Source: an uncultured bacterium
GTDB lineage: Bacteria; Krumholzibacteriota; Krumholzibacteriia; JACNKJ01
NCBI GenBank assembly: GCA_963695095.1
Contig: CAVOFT010000001.1
Location: forward strand, 1,696,001 to 1,760,000
Length of the DNA stretch: 64,000 bases
Direction: 5' to 3'
Shown: one piece after another, positions 21,278-30,142 of the stretch
Layout: every line of letters starts with the position of its first letter
Numbering within the stretch: position 1 is the stretch's first letter
The notes under the pieces: model-generated
What the model saw: only the letters and a program-made list of their open reading frames with translations
Database searches by the model: none
What the model was told of the DNA's origin: nothing
Made by a program: the position numbers and the translations under genes

Positions 21278-22315
21278 ATGCGCCTCTTCAGCTGGCTTCC
21301 GCTCTTCTTCCTGCTGCAGTACAGCGTCTGCGGGCAGCAGGATCCGATCGAGCCGGCGGGGACCACCGAGCCCGGTCTGCTCACGGTGCTCGCCGAGGAG
21401 CTCGGCGGCCAGCCCATCGAGGGCGTGGCGATCACGCTGGCCGGACTTCTCCAGACGGAAACCGCGCCGGCCACCTTCGAACTCAGCCCCGGCGTCCTCA
21501 TCGCCGTCAGCGTCGCCCGCGAGGGTTACGAGTTCAGCCCGGCGGATACGAGCATCACCCTGAGCGAGGGGCGGGCCGACACCCTGCGCTTTCGCGGCGC
21601 CGCCGCGGCACAGCGCATCGTGCTCGTGGAGGATTTCTCGAACACGGGCTGCGTGCCCTGTCCTGCCGCGGATGAAGCGATGTGGGCCGCGGTGGCGGCG
21701 GCCACGGGGCCGGCCTATCCCCTTGCCTGGCATCCGAACTTCCCCGCGCCGCAGGATCCCTTCTTCCTCTACAACCCCGTGCTCGGCCACTACGGCAACA
21801 CCGGCTCGCGGAACAGCTTCTACAGCATCTCCCAGCTTCCCCATATCCGCGTGGATGGGGTGCCGGTGAGCGTGCCGTCCAGCGAAAGCGCGATCGCGAC
21901 GCTGATCGCCGAGAAGCTGGCGCTGGCCGCGAGCCTGGAGCTCTCGGTGACGCGCAGCGAGCAGGGGGGGCAGGTCACGGTGAGCGCCCAGGGCCGCGTG
22001 CTGCGGGCTCCCGCCGGCGGCAGCTGGCGGATTTACCTGGTCTTGGTCGAAACCTTGGTCCACTTCGATGCACCCAATGGGCAGACCGAGTTTCGCAACA
22101 CCGTTCGCCATGTCAATGGCGAGGCCGGCGGCTTCGGCAGTCCGCTCGGGGAGCCGGTATCACTCGCGCCGGGCGCCGAGTTCGGGGCCCAGGCCACCTT
22201 CGCGCCGAACTTCGGCGCGGTGGCGGCCGAGAACCTGCGCGCCGTCGTCTTCGTCCAGGATTCGGATTCCAAGCTCATCCTCGATGCCGCAATAGAAGCA
22301 CCCGGAGGTCCTTGA
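21278..22315 (+). CDS. Omp28-like exported (possibly lipo)protein with thioredoxin-like CxxC
   Basis: Signal-like N-terminus with Cys18; VLVEDFSNTGCVPCP; PHIRVDG; C-terminal VVFVQD, as recalled for Omp28 family. Confidence 0.75.
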   Translation: MRLFSWLPLFFLLQYSVCGQQDPIEPAGTTEPGLLTVLAEELGGQPIEGVAITLAGLLQTETAPATFELSPGVLIAVSVAREGYEFSPADTSITLSEGRADTLRFRGAAAAQRIVLVEDFSNTGCVPCPAADEAMWAAVAAATGPAYPLAWHPNFPAPQDPFFLYNPVLGHYGNTGSRNSFYSISQLPHIRVDGVPVSVPSSESAIATLIAEKLALAASLELSVTRSEQGGQVTVSAQGRVLRAPAGGSWRIYLVLVETLVHFDAPNGQTEFRNTVRHVNGEAGGFGSPLGEPVSLAPGAEFGAQATFAPNFGAVAAENLRAVVFVQDSDSKLILDAAIEAPGGP

Positions 22316-22317
22316 TC

Positions 22318-23673
22318 ATGCGCAAGAGCATCACGCTGCTGGTGGCTCTGTTCGTTTGCGGCGGCGCCCTGCCCGCCCAGGCCACGATCGACTTCACCTG
22401 GGACACGCCGACGCGCGTGATGCTCGGCGGGGAGTTGGCCTACCTGGAGTTCCACGGCCTCGTCACGAACACCGGTGACGAGCGGGACAGCTACGCGATC
22501 CACAAGGAGACGCTTATTCCTGGCGACTTGGTCTGGGCCGCGTCGATCTGCGTGGGCGACAACTGCTACGCACCCTTCGTCGACGACGTGATCACGGATT
22601 CCGTGGATCCGGGCAACAGCGTCGACATCCGCATCGACTTCACGGTGGGCATGGAGGTGGGCAGCGGCTACGGCAAGCTGCGCGTGAGCAGCACGGCTGA
22701 TCCCGGCCAGAGCTACGAGCGCGGCTTCGTCGCCATTCACACGGGCTGCGACCTGCTCGTCGTCGACGACACCGACGACCCCTTCATGGCCTTCGGGCAC
22801 TTCGACACCGTGGCCGGCGGCCTGGCGGCCCAGGCGGTCGGCCACTGGCCGCGCGCGCTGCAGTTGCCGACCCTGGCCGATCTGCAGACCTTCCCGCTCA
22901 GCTTCTGGTTGACCGGCGAGAGCCAGTCCACCCTGGATGCCGACGACCGCGCCCTGCTCGGCAGCTATCTCGGCGGCGGCGGATCGCTGCTGGCCTCGGG
23001 CGACGAAATCGCCTGGGATCTCTGCTCGCCGGCGAGTCCCAACCACACGGCCCAGACCGAGCAGTGGGTGGAGAGCTTCTTCGACATCACCTATCAGCTG
23101 GACTTCGGCGGCACCCAGGTCGAGGGCCTGCCCGGCAGCGACGTCGGCCACGGCCTGAGCTTCGCGCTCACGGATCCCAGCGCGGATCCCGATGTCATCG
23201 CCTTGGCCCGCGCTGGCGCCGCGCAGTTCGCCTACGGCGGCGGCGGCGTCGCCGGTGCCCTCAGCAGCTCGGGCAAGCGAATCCTCTTTCTGGGCTTCGA
23301 TCTGGCCGACGTGGCGCCGGGCTCCCTGGCGCCCCTGCTCGCCAATGCCCTGATCGCCCTCGCCGCGCCTTCGGCCGGCGAGCCCACTGCCCTGCCCGCT
23401 CGGCTCGCCCTGCTGCCCAACCAGCCCAATCCCTTCAATCCGAAGACGACGCTGCGCTTCCAGGCCCCGGCCGGCGGCCTGGCTCGCCTCGAGGTGCTGG
23501 ACCTGCGCGGCCGCGTCGTGAGCAGCCTCGGCGTGGAACTGACGGCGGGCGAGAATGCGCTCTCCTTCACGGCCGTGGATGCGGCGGGCCGCGCGCTCGC
23601 CAGCGGAACCTATTTCTATCGCGTGGCGCTGAACGGGGAGACCGTCAGCGGCAAGATGACCCTGCTCAAGTAG
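22318..23673 (+). CDS. Secreted protein with C-terminal FlgD-Ig/T9SS-like sorting domain
   Basis: Sec signal ending AQA; ICVGDNCY; 'LLVVDD..WLTG..L.GGG.LL.SG.EIAW' module; tail NQPNPFNPKTT...LASGTYFYR...KMTLLK. Confidence 0.8.
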   Translation: MRKSITLLVALFVCGGALPAQATIDFTWDTPTRVMLGGELAYLEFHGLVTNTGDERDSYAIHKETLIPGDLVWAASICVGDNCYAPFVDDVITDSVDPGNSVDIRIDFTVGMEVGSGYGKLRVSSTADPGQSYERGFVAIHTGCDLLVVDDTDDPFMAFGHFDTVAGGLAAQAVGHWPRALQLPTLADLQTFPLSFWLTGESQSTLDADDRALLGSYLGGGGSLLASGDEIAWDLCSPASPNHTAQTEQWVESFFDITYQLDFGGTQVEGLPGSDVGHGLSFALTDPSADPDVIALARAGAAQFAYGGGGVAGALSSSGKRILFLGFDLADVAPGSLAPLLANALIALAAPSAGEPTALPARLALLPNQPNPFNPKTTLRFQAPAGGLARLEVLDLRGRVVSSLGVELTAGENALSFTAVDAAGRALASGTYFYRVALNGETVSGKMTLLK

Positions 23674-23695
23674 GGAAGCCAGGAAAGGACGCCGG

Positions 23696-24217
23696 ATGCG
23701 ACGCCTCGTCTTCGCTGCGCTCTGCCTGATGATGGCAGTCGGCGCGAACGCCGCCGAGAAGCAGGTGCCCAGCTTCACGCTGAGCGACCTGGACGGCAAG
23801 CCGCACAGCTCTGAGACCCTGATCGGCGGCGGCCCCGTGCTGCTGAACTTCTGGGCGACCTGGTGCAAGCCCTGCCTGGCCGAGCAGCCCAAGCTCAAGG
23901 CCTTCCACGCCGAGTGGGCGGCCAAGGGCCTGCGCGTGCTGTCGATCAGCGTCGACGATCCGCGCACCGCCAAGCAGGTCAAGCCCTTCGTGCATCGGCA
24001 CGGCATCGAATTCCCCGTCTACCTCGACAGCAATCAGGACGCCTATCGCAAGCTGGGCGGCCGGGCGGTGCCCTTCAACGTGCTGGTCGGCTCCGGCGGC
24101 GAGCTGCTGTCGGTGACCATGGGCTACAAGGAGCAGGACGCCGAGACCTGGGGCTCCCTCATCGAAGCGGATCTTGCGGCGCGGGCTGCCGAAGGGGAGG
24201 CGAAGCAGGGTGATTAG
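23696..24217 (+). CDS. TlpA/ResA-family periplasmic thiol-disulfide reductase
   Basis: Signal peptide, LLNFWATWCKPC, ISVD, cis-Pro VP. Confidence 0.92.
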   Translation: MRRLVFAALCLMMAVGANAAEKQVPSFTLSDLDGKPHSSETLIGGGPVLLNFWATWCKPCLAEQPKLKAFHAEWAAKGLRVLSISVDDPRTAKQVKPFVHRHGIEFPVYLDSNQDAYRKLGGRAVPFNVLVGSGGELLSVTMGYKEQDAETWGSLIEADLAARAAEGEAKQGD

Positions 24218-25715
24218 GCGGGGAGCGGCCCTCGCGGCCGTCGTCCTTCTCGGTCTCGCGGGCGCGAGCCCCGTGGCCGCGGAGGGCATCACGGTGCAGG
24301 CCAACAACGACCTGCAGGCTAGCCACGACGTCGAGACCGAGCGGGACATCGTCGAGGACTGGCTGGACCTGGACCTCTACGGCGAGAACTTCCAGCTCGG
24401 CCTGCGCTACTCGAGTTTCGCGCCGCCCGATCCCATCGTCTCCACGGACCTGAGGAGCAGCGAGGGCATCACGCATCGCTTCGCCGAACTGCAGCTCCAG
24501 GCGACGCGCCTGCGCGTGGGCACCTTCACCAAGCTCTTCGGCCGCGGCCTCATCTTCCGCAGCTACGAAAACCGCGACTTGCGCGTGGACACCAACCTCG
24601 ACGGCGTGCTGCTCGAGCGCGAGGGCGGCTGGTGGCGGGGGGCCCTGCTCTCCGGCCGCACGGAAACCGGGCAGATGGAGACGGGCGAGCGGAGTCGCGC
24701 CGACCGCTTCAGCGGCGCCGACCTGGAGGCCGCGCGCGGCCCCCTCACCCTGGGCGGTTCCTTCCTGACCTTCGAGCGGCCGGACTCGCCCGCGCGTCCG
24801 CAGCTGCAGGCCCTGCGCGCCAGCTTCACGCAGGGGCCCTTCGCGCTGGACTGGGAGGGCGCCCGCCATCTGCCCGACGAGGCGGCGAACGATGACCAGC
24901 GCGGCGCGGGGCACATCGTGGAGGGCTCCTACCTGGTGGGTCCGCTGGGCATCTATGCCGGCTACAAGCGCTACCGCGACCTGGCCGTGCTCACCCAGGA
25001 CCAGAAGCTGATGAACCAGCCGCCCCTGCTCATCCACGATCCGCGCGCCACCCTGATCTCCCGCCATCCCCACCAGCTCGACCCCGATGACGAGAAGGGT
25101 CTGGTGGCGGACATCTCCCTCGGCACGGAACTGGGCGAGTTCCTGGTGTCCTACGCCGAGACGCAGCATATCGACGAGCGCTTCGGCCAGAACAGCTTCC
25201 AGGAGTCCTTCCTCGAGTGGGATCGCATCGGGCTCGGCCCCTTCGAGTCCGCGCACTTCATTCTCGATTTCCAGAAGGTGCCCTACTTCGATGCCAGCGA
25301 CATCGCGCGCCCGGAGTGGGTCTGGGACTACTACATGACGACGGTGCTGGACCTGCGCGTGCCGGTGCCACAGGGCACCGTCGTCGGCGTCTGGGAGCAT
25401 CAGCACAAGCGCGCCGAGCACAGCGGCGAGTTCGACGACGAGCTCTTCGTGCTCGAGTACGAGCACGCCAGCGGTTGGAGCCTCGGCCTGCTCGGCGAAT
25501 TCCTGAACTGGACCCGCGAGCAGCAGCTCATCGAGCAGCAGGTGGCGGAGCGCTCGCGCTGGAGCGGGGTCCAGGTGGCGGCGCCGCTGGGCGAACGCCA
25601 CAATCTGCGCCTCTATGCGGGTGGACGCCGCGCGGGCTACATCTGCGTCGGCGGTGTCTGTCGCTACGAGCCCGCCTTCGACGGCCTCGAGCTCTCGCTC
25701 ACGAGCCGCTTCTAG
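24210..25715 (+). CDS. Outer-membrane beta-barrel protein (DUF6029-like by recall)
   Basis: Signal peptide, amphipathic strands, FGRGLIFRSYENR.L.VD..LDG, C-terminal GYICVGGVCRYEPAF...SRF ending in Phe. Confidence 0.7.
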   Translation: MIRRGAALAAVVLLGLAGASPVAAEGITVQANNDLQASHDVETERDIVEDWLDLDLYGENFQLGLRYSSFAPPDPIVSTDLRSSEGITHRFAELQLQATRLRVGTFTKLFGRGLIFRSYENRDLRVDTNLDGVLLEREGGWWRGALLSGRTETGQMETGERSRADRFSGADLEAARGPLTLGGSFLTFERPDSPARPQLQALRASFTQGPFALDWEGARHLPDEAANDDQRGAGHIVEGSYLVGPLGIYAGYKRYRDLAVLTQDQKLMNQPPLLIHDPRATLISRHPHQLDPDDEKGLVADISLGTELGEFLVSYAETQHIDERFGQNSFQESFLEWDRIGLGPFESAHFILDFQKVPYFDASDIARPEWVWDYYMTTVLDLRVPVPQGTVVGVWEHQHKRAEHSGEFDDELFVLEYEHASGWSLGLLGEFLNWTREQQLIEQQVAERSRWSGVQVAAPLGERHNLRLYAGGRRAGYICVGGVCRYEPAFDGLELSLTSRF

Positions 25716-26944
25716 CGCGGCTGGCTTCTTGCCGCTGCGATCGCCGCGAGGCGCGCCTGGTTCTCCGGGCTCTGCGCCTCGCGATCGTACTTCCCCTCCA
25801 GCGCGACACCGATGCCCAGGGCAGCCACGGCGTAGGCGGCGGCAAGGGCGCCCGCCGTCCAGCGTCGCCAGCCGGGGCGGGCCGCTGCCAGCAAGGCGGC
25901 GGCGAGCGCCGCCAGGGGCAGCGCCGCCCCATGCAGGTAGCGCAGCTCGAGCCAACCTCTCGGCACGGGTATCAAAGCGTAGGGCAGCAGCGCCACCAGC
26001 GCCCAGGCCGCGAGGAAGCGCTGGCCGGCGGGTGCCCGCCGCGTGAAGAGCCGCGCCAAGCAGCCCGCCGCCACCAGCGCGCCGAGAGTGAGCTGCGCGA
26101 AGGCCAGCAGCCGGGCGCCGCTCGATGCGAGCGCCGGGTCGAGGCCGGCCACTTGCAGGGGCAGCAGGGCCAGGCCGAGGTAGCGCAGGTAGCGGGGCAG
26201 GAGCGGGGTCAGGCCACCGCCCGCCACGCTGGTCTGGGCGGTGTCCACCCCGGCCGCGCCCGTCGCCCAGAACCAGAGCGCGAGGGCGGGCAAGAAGAGG
26301 AAAGCGCCCAGGGCCCAGTCCGCGCGCCGCGCGGGGCGCCCCGCCAGCAGGCGGCGCAGGAGGACCAGCGGGCCGATCAACAGCCCCGACTCGTGGAGGA
26401 AGGGCGCCGCGAGGGCGATGGCGACGAGGAGGGCGGTCCGCGATCGCTGGCGCCGCCAGCGCGCCGGCTCCGCGGGGCGCTCGGCGAGGAGCAGCGCGAC
26501 GAGGAGCAGGACGAAGCCCAGCAGTCCGCCACTGGTGCAGGCCCAGGTCACCTGCTTGCCGAAGTGGAAGACGCCGGCGAAGAAGGCGAGGGCGGCGGCG
26601 CGGGCGGCGAGGGGGCCAAGCCCCAGGCGGCCGAGGAGCAAGAGGCCGAGGCCGGCCGCGGCCGCCTGCAGCAGCACGTTGAAGCCGAGGTAGAGCCCGC
26701 TCGCCAGGCCGAAGAGCCGATGCTCGAGCGCGAAGAGCGCGAGGGCCAGCGGCCGGTAGAAGGCGATGTCGGCCTGCGGCGCGAAGAGCGCGAGCGGCGT
26801 CGGGGCAGCGGCGACCGCGCTGAGAAAGGGAAAGTCGTCAGCACGAAAGCCGTTGTCGAAGCTGCGCGCATAGACGGCCAGCGCGAGCAGCGACGCGAGA
26901 CCGAGCATCAGCCCGACTCGCCGGCGCGGATTCAGCGCTCCCAC
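25712..26944 (-). CDS. Polytopic membrane protein, GT-C-like glycosyltransferase
   Basis: First loop 'ADDFPFL' and 'FYRPL', then about 10 TM helices and a late RY motif. Confidence 0.55.
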   Translation of the reverse strand: MGALNPRRRVGLMLGLASLLALAVYARSFDNGFRADDFPFLSAVAAAPTPLALFAPQADIAFYRPLALALFALEHRLFGLASGLYLGFNVLLQAAAAGLGLLLLGRLGLGPLAARAAALAFFAGVFHFGKQVTWACTSGGLLGFVLLLVALLLAERPAEPARWRRQRSRTALLVAIALAAPFLHESGLLIGPLVLLRRLLAGRPARRADWALGAFLFLPALALWFWATGAAGVDTAQTSVAGGGLTPLLPRYLRYLGLALLPLQVAGLDPALASSGARLLAFAQLTLGALVAAGCLARLFTRRAPAGQRFLAAWALVALLPYALIPVPRGWLELRYLHGAALPLAALAAALLAAARPGWRRWTAGALAAAYAVAALGIGVALEGKYDREAQSPENQARLAAIAAARSQPR

Positions 26945-26994
26945 TCAGCCACCTTTCGGCGCGCCGCCGCTCGAGGGGCGCGCCCCTGCGCGCC

Positions 26995-29961
26995 CTAGCG
27001 CAGGAGCGTCAGCTTCGGTCCGGCCAGGCGCTGGCCGTCCGCACTCAGCCGCGTGAAGTAGAGGCCGGCGGCCAGCGGGCGACCCGCGTCGTCGCGGCCA
27101 TCCCAGACGAGGGCCAGTTCGCCGGCCGGCTGGCCGCTGCGGGCGATGCTGCGCACGCGGCGTCCGCTGGCGGCGAAGATGTCCAGGCGCAGTTCGCGGG
27201 CGCCGGCGGCGAGCGCGAAGCGCAGGGTCGTCGCCGCACGCACAGGGTTGGGCCAGGCGGCGCCGGCGCTGACCAGCGGCGGCTGCTCGGGCGCCGCCGT
27301 GAGGTCCTCGAGGAAGTGCGAGACCCAGGTGCTCCAGGCGCTGGCGCCGAGGGCGTACTCGTGGATCATCCAGAACTCGACGCCGCCCGGATCGACGGCC
27401 ACCGCGCTGTAGTCGCCCCAGCGATTCTGCGTGTAGGCGGCCAGGCTGTCCTTGAGGCGCACGGGCGCCTGCATGGTGCCCGCCGGATCGCCGGCGGCGC
27501 GGTAGGCGCGCTGCATCGAGTAGTACTCGCTGGTCGAGGAATAGGCGAAGCACATGGCGGCGTCGCCCAGGGCGTTCACGCTGATCGAGTTGAAGGTGGC
27601 ATAGCCGGTGCCGCCCGGCAGCACGTCGCCCGTCTGCACGAGCGTGGGCGGGTTGCCGCTGGCGGGCCAGCCGTTCATCGCGAACTGGTACCAGCGCGCC
27701 ACGCTGGTGGTGCGCGCCGAGGTCGGCGCCGCGTGGTGGCAGGCCCAGAGGTAGCCGTCCCGGTAGACGCAGCTCCAGAAGCGGGCCTCGAAGGTGATCA
27801 CCTGCGTCGAGGTGCCCAGGCTGCGCGCGCTGGGCGGCGTCCACCAGGTGGGCACGGTGAGCGCGGTGGAGACCAGATTGGGCGCGCCGAGCGGGTTCTG
27901 CACCGCCCAGAAGGTGATCGTGCTGGCGCTCAGGCTCTCGTTGGCGTGGAGCATGTACATCGCCGGCGCGTCGGTGACCTGGACCGGCAGGCCCATCGAC
28001 TGGGTGCCCGTGTGCAGCACGCTGGTGGTCGCCGCCGCGCCGCCGCCGAGCACGCTGGCCTTGTCCAGGATGTAGACCAGGTAGGTGTCGGGCGAGAAGA
28101 AGTCCGCCGTGAGGTAGACGGCCTGCTCGTCGACGGCCATGTTCGGCGAGTCGATGTCGTTCCCGGCCAGGCTGGTCACGTTGAAGCGGTACTTGTGCCA
28201 GCTGCCGGTGGGGTCGCCGGTGGCCGATACGGCGAAGAGGAAGTAGGACTGTCCGCTCGTGCGCTCGCAGGCCATGGCCATGAAACGCGCGGCCAGCGGG
28301 TCGAAGATCACTTCCGGATCGAAGACGAAGCCGCCGGCTCCCAGCGCGCCCCAGAAGCCGCCCGCGCCCTCGATGGGCTCCTGCCAGAGCGGCGTGCCGT
28401 CCTTGAGGAAGGCGGCCAGCGCGCCGTTCACCGTGGCCACCACGTGGTTCGCGCCGACGGCCATGTGCGGATCGGGCGGGGTCCAGCCCGTGTTGGCGAT
28501 CGCCTGCCAGCCGGCATCGCGGCCGCCGCCGCCGGGCCAGGCCGTCTCGGCGTCGAGAGCGCCGGCCTGGAAATCGGGATCGAAGACCGGCGGCTGATGG
28601 GGGAGCGCGGCCCCGGATGCGAAGCTCGTGGCGCCGGCGAGGCCCGCGGCGGGCGCGAGGCGCTCGGCGAGGCCGGCCAGCGCGAGGCGCCCGGTCAGGG
28701 CCAGGCGGGCCAGCGGGTTCGCGGGCACAGGCAGCAGCAAGGTGAGGTTGGCGGCACTCGTGTCGCCCTGGCCCGCATCGCCCGCCCAGGCGACGGCCAG
28801 CCGGCCGTCCTCGCCCAGGACGAGGCGCTCGACGCCCGTAGCCGCGGCCATCGCCTGCCAGCCGGCAGCGAGGGCATTGACCCGGAAGGCGGGACCCCGC
28901 GCCGCACCGTCCGCGCCATAGCGGCGCGCGTAGACGTCGGCCTCGCGGCCGTCGGCGCTGAGCTGATTCCAGGCGACCGCGAGCTCGCCCGCCGCATTGC
29001 TCGCCAGGGCGACGCCACTCTGCCAGCCGCCCTGCTCGGCGCCGGGCGCCAGCGCGGCCAGCGCAAGCGAGCCCGCGGCCACGCGGCCCAGGCGCACGCG
29101 CCAGTCGATACCCTCGCGCGCCATCCAGGCCAGGGCCAGCTCACCGCCGGCGAGCGCGGCCAGGCTCGGCTCGATGCCGCCGGCGGCGAGGAGCCGCTCG
29201 TCGCCCAGCGGGCGCCCCGCGGCGTCGAAGCAGCGCAGCAACACGCCGCCGGCCTCGGGCAGGCCCGGCACCTGGCGCTGCCAGGCGACGGCGAAGCCAC
29301 CGCCAGGGAGGGCGGCAAGACTCGGCAGGCGATCCAGGGCGCCCGCGCCGTCGCTGAGGGCCAGCTCGCCGCCGAGCGGGGTGCCCGCGGCGTCGACAAG
29401 GCGGCCACGGAGACGGCTGGTCCCGGGCTCCGCGCCGGGGCTCGCCCACACCGCCAAGCGCCGGCCCTCGGCGCCGGACAGGGCCAGCACGGCCGGCGTC
29501 TCCTGGGAACCAGCGATTGTGGTATTCAGTAGCAGCTCGTCGCCGCCTTCCCGTCGACTGAGAATCCCCTGCGCAGAACCATCGAGGCCCCAGGCCTCCC
29601 AGACCATCCAAGCGCCACCGGGCCCGGAGGCCACCGCCGGATGCTGATGATGCGTGCCGCGGCCGAGGTTCACGGCCAGCTCGCCGCCCCGGGGGCTGCC
29701 CCAGGCGTCCAGCCGCCGCGCGTACACGCCATAGCGGCCTTCCTGCTGGCGGCGGCTCTCCCAGACCGCGAGCAGACCGCCGTCGGGCTCCAGGGTCAGG
29801 GCCACCTGCTCTTGCCCACTGCCGCGGAAGTCGTTCAGGCGCAGTTCGCGGCGCAGGTAGTGATCGGCGCCGGCGCTGAGGCCATCGGCGGCCAGCGCCA
29901 GCGAGGGCGCGAGGAGGGCAATGGCAAGCAATCCGCAACGGCGGGCGAGGCGCGGCAACAT
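26995..29961 (-). CDS. Large secreted repeat protein with FlgD-Ig/T9SS-like C-terminal domain
   Basis: Signal peptide; N-terminal repeats; PPDPHMAVG...RWGDYSAVAVDP domain; tail WPNPV...WDGRDDAGRPLAAGLYF..KLTLLR; GGAGG SD. Confidence 0.8.
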   Translation of the reverse strand: MLPRLARRCGLLAIALLAPSLALAADGLSAGADHYLRRELRLNDFRGSGQEQVALTLEPDGGLLAVWESRRQQEGRYGVYARRLDAWGSPRGGELAVNLGRGTHHQHPAVASGPGGAWMVWEAWGLDGSAQGILSRREGGDELLLNTTIAGSQETPAVLALSGAEGRRLAVWASPGAEPGTSRLRGRLVDAAGTPLGGELALSDGAGALDRLPSLAALPGGGFAVAWQRQVPGLPEAGGVLLRCFDAAGRPLGDERLLAAGGIEPSLAALAGGELALAWMAREGIDWRVRLGRVAAGSLALAALAPGAEQGGWQSGVALASNAAGELAVAWNQLSADGREADVYARRYGADGAARGPAFRVNALAAGWQAMAAATGVERLVLGEDGRLAVAWAGDAGQGDTSAANLTLLLPVPANPLARLALTGRLALAGLAERLAPAAGLAGATSFASGAALPHQPPVFDPDFQAGALDAETAWPGGGGRDAGWQAIANTGWTPPDPHMAVGANHVVATVNGALAAFLKDGTPLWQEPIEGAGGFWGALGAGGFVFDPEVIFDPLAARFMAMACERTSGQSYFLFAVSATGDPTGSWHKYRFNVTSLAGNDIDSPNMAVDEQAVYLTADFFSPDTYLVYILDKASVLGGGAAATTSVLHTGTQSMGLPVQVTDAPAMYMLHANESLSASTITFWAVQNPLGAPNLVSTALTVPTWWTPPSARSLGTSTQVITFEARFWSCVYRDGYLWACHHAAPTSARTTSVARWYQFAMNGWPASGNPPTLVQTGDVLPGGTGYATFNSISVNALGDAAMCFAYSSTSEYYSMQRAYRAAGDPAGTMQAPVRLKDSLAAYTQNRWGDYSAVAVDPGGVEFWMIHEYALGASAWSTWVSHFLEDLTAAPEQPPLVSAGAAWPNPVRAATTLRFALAAGARELRLDIFAASGRRVRSIARSGQPAGELALVWDGRDDAGRPLAAGLYFTRLSADGQRLAGPKLTLLR

Positions 29962-30013
29962 GGGGACCTCCGGGGAGCGACTGAGGGATGGCGAGAGGAG
30001 CGCACGAAGCTCC

Positions 30014-30042
30014 ATTATATCGCGGCGCGCCCGCTTTCCCAA
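30014..30042 (-). promoter_or_regulatory. Candidate sigma70 promoter for the 29961 gene (divergent region)
   Basis: Minus strand TTGGGA, 17 bp spacer, TATAAT; a + strand TTGACG...TAACAAT element at 30059-30088 may serve the opposite gene. Confidence 0.6.
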
Positions 30043-30142
30043 GCCCTTTGCGCTCGGCTTGACGCGCTTGCAACCCTGTGTTAACAATGCCCCGCCGGCC
30101 TTCCGGCCGCCTGTAGCCGGGCCCTTCCCACCCACAGAAGGA

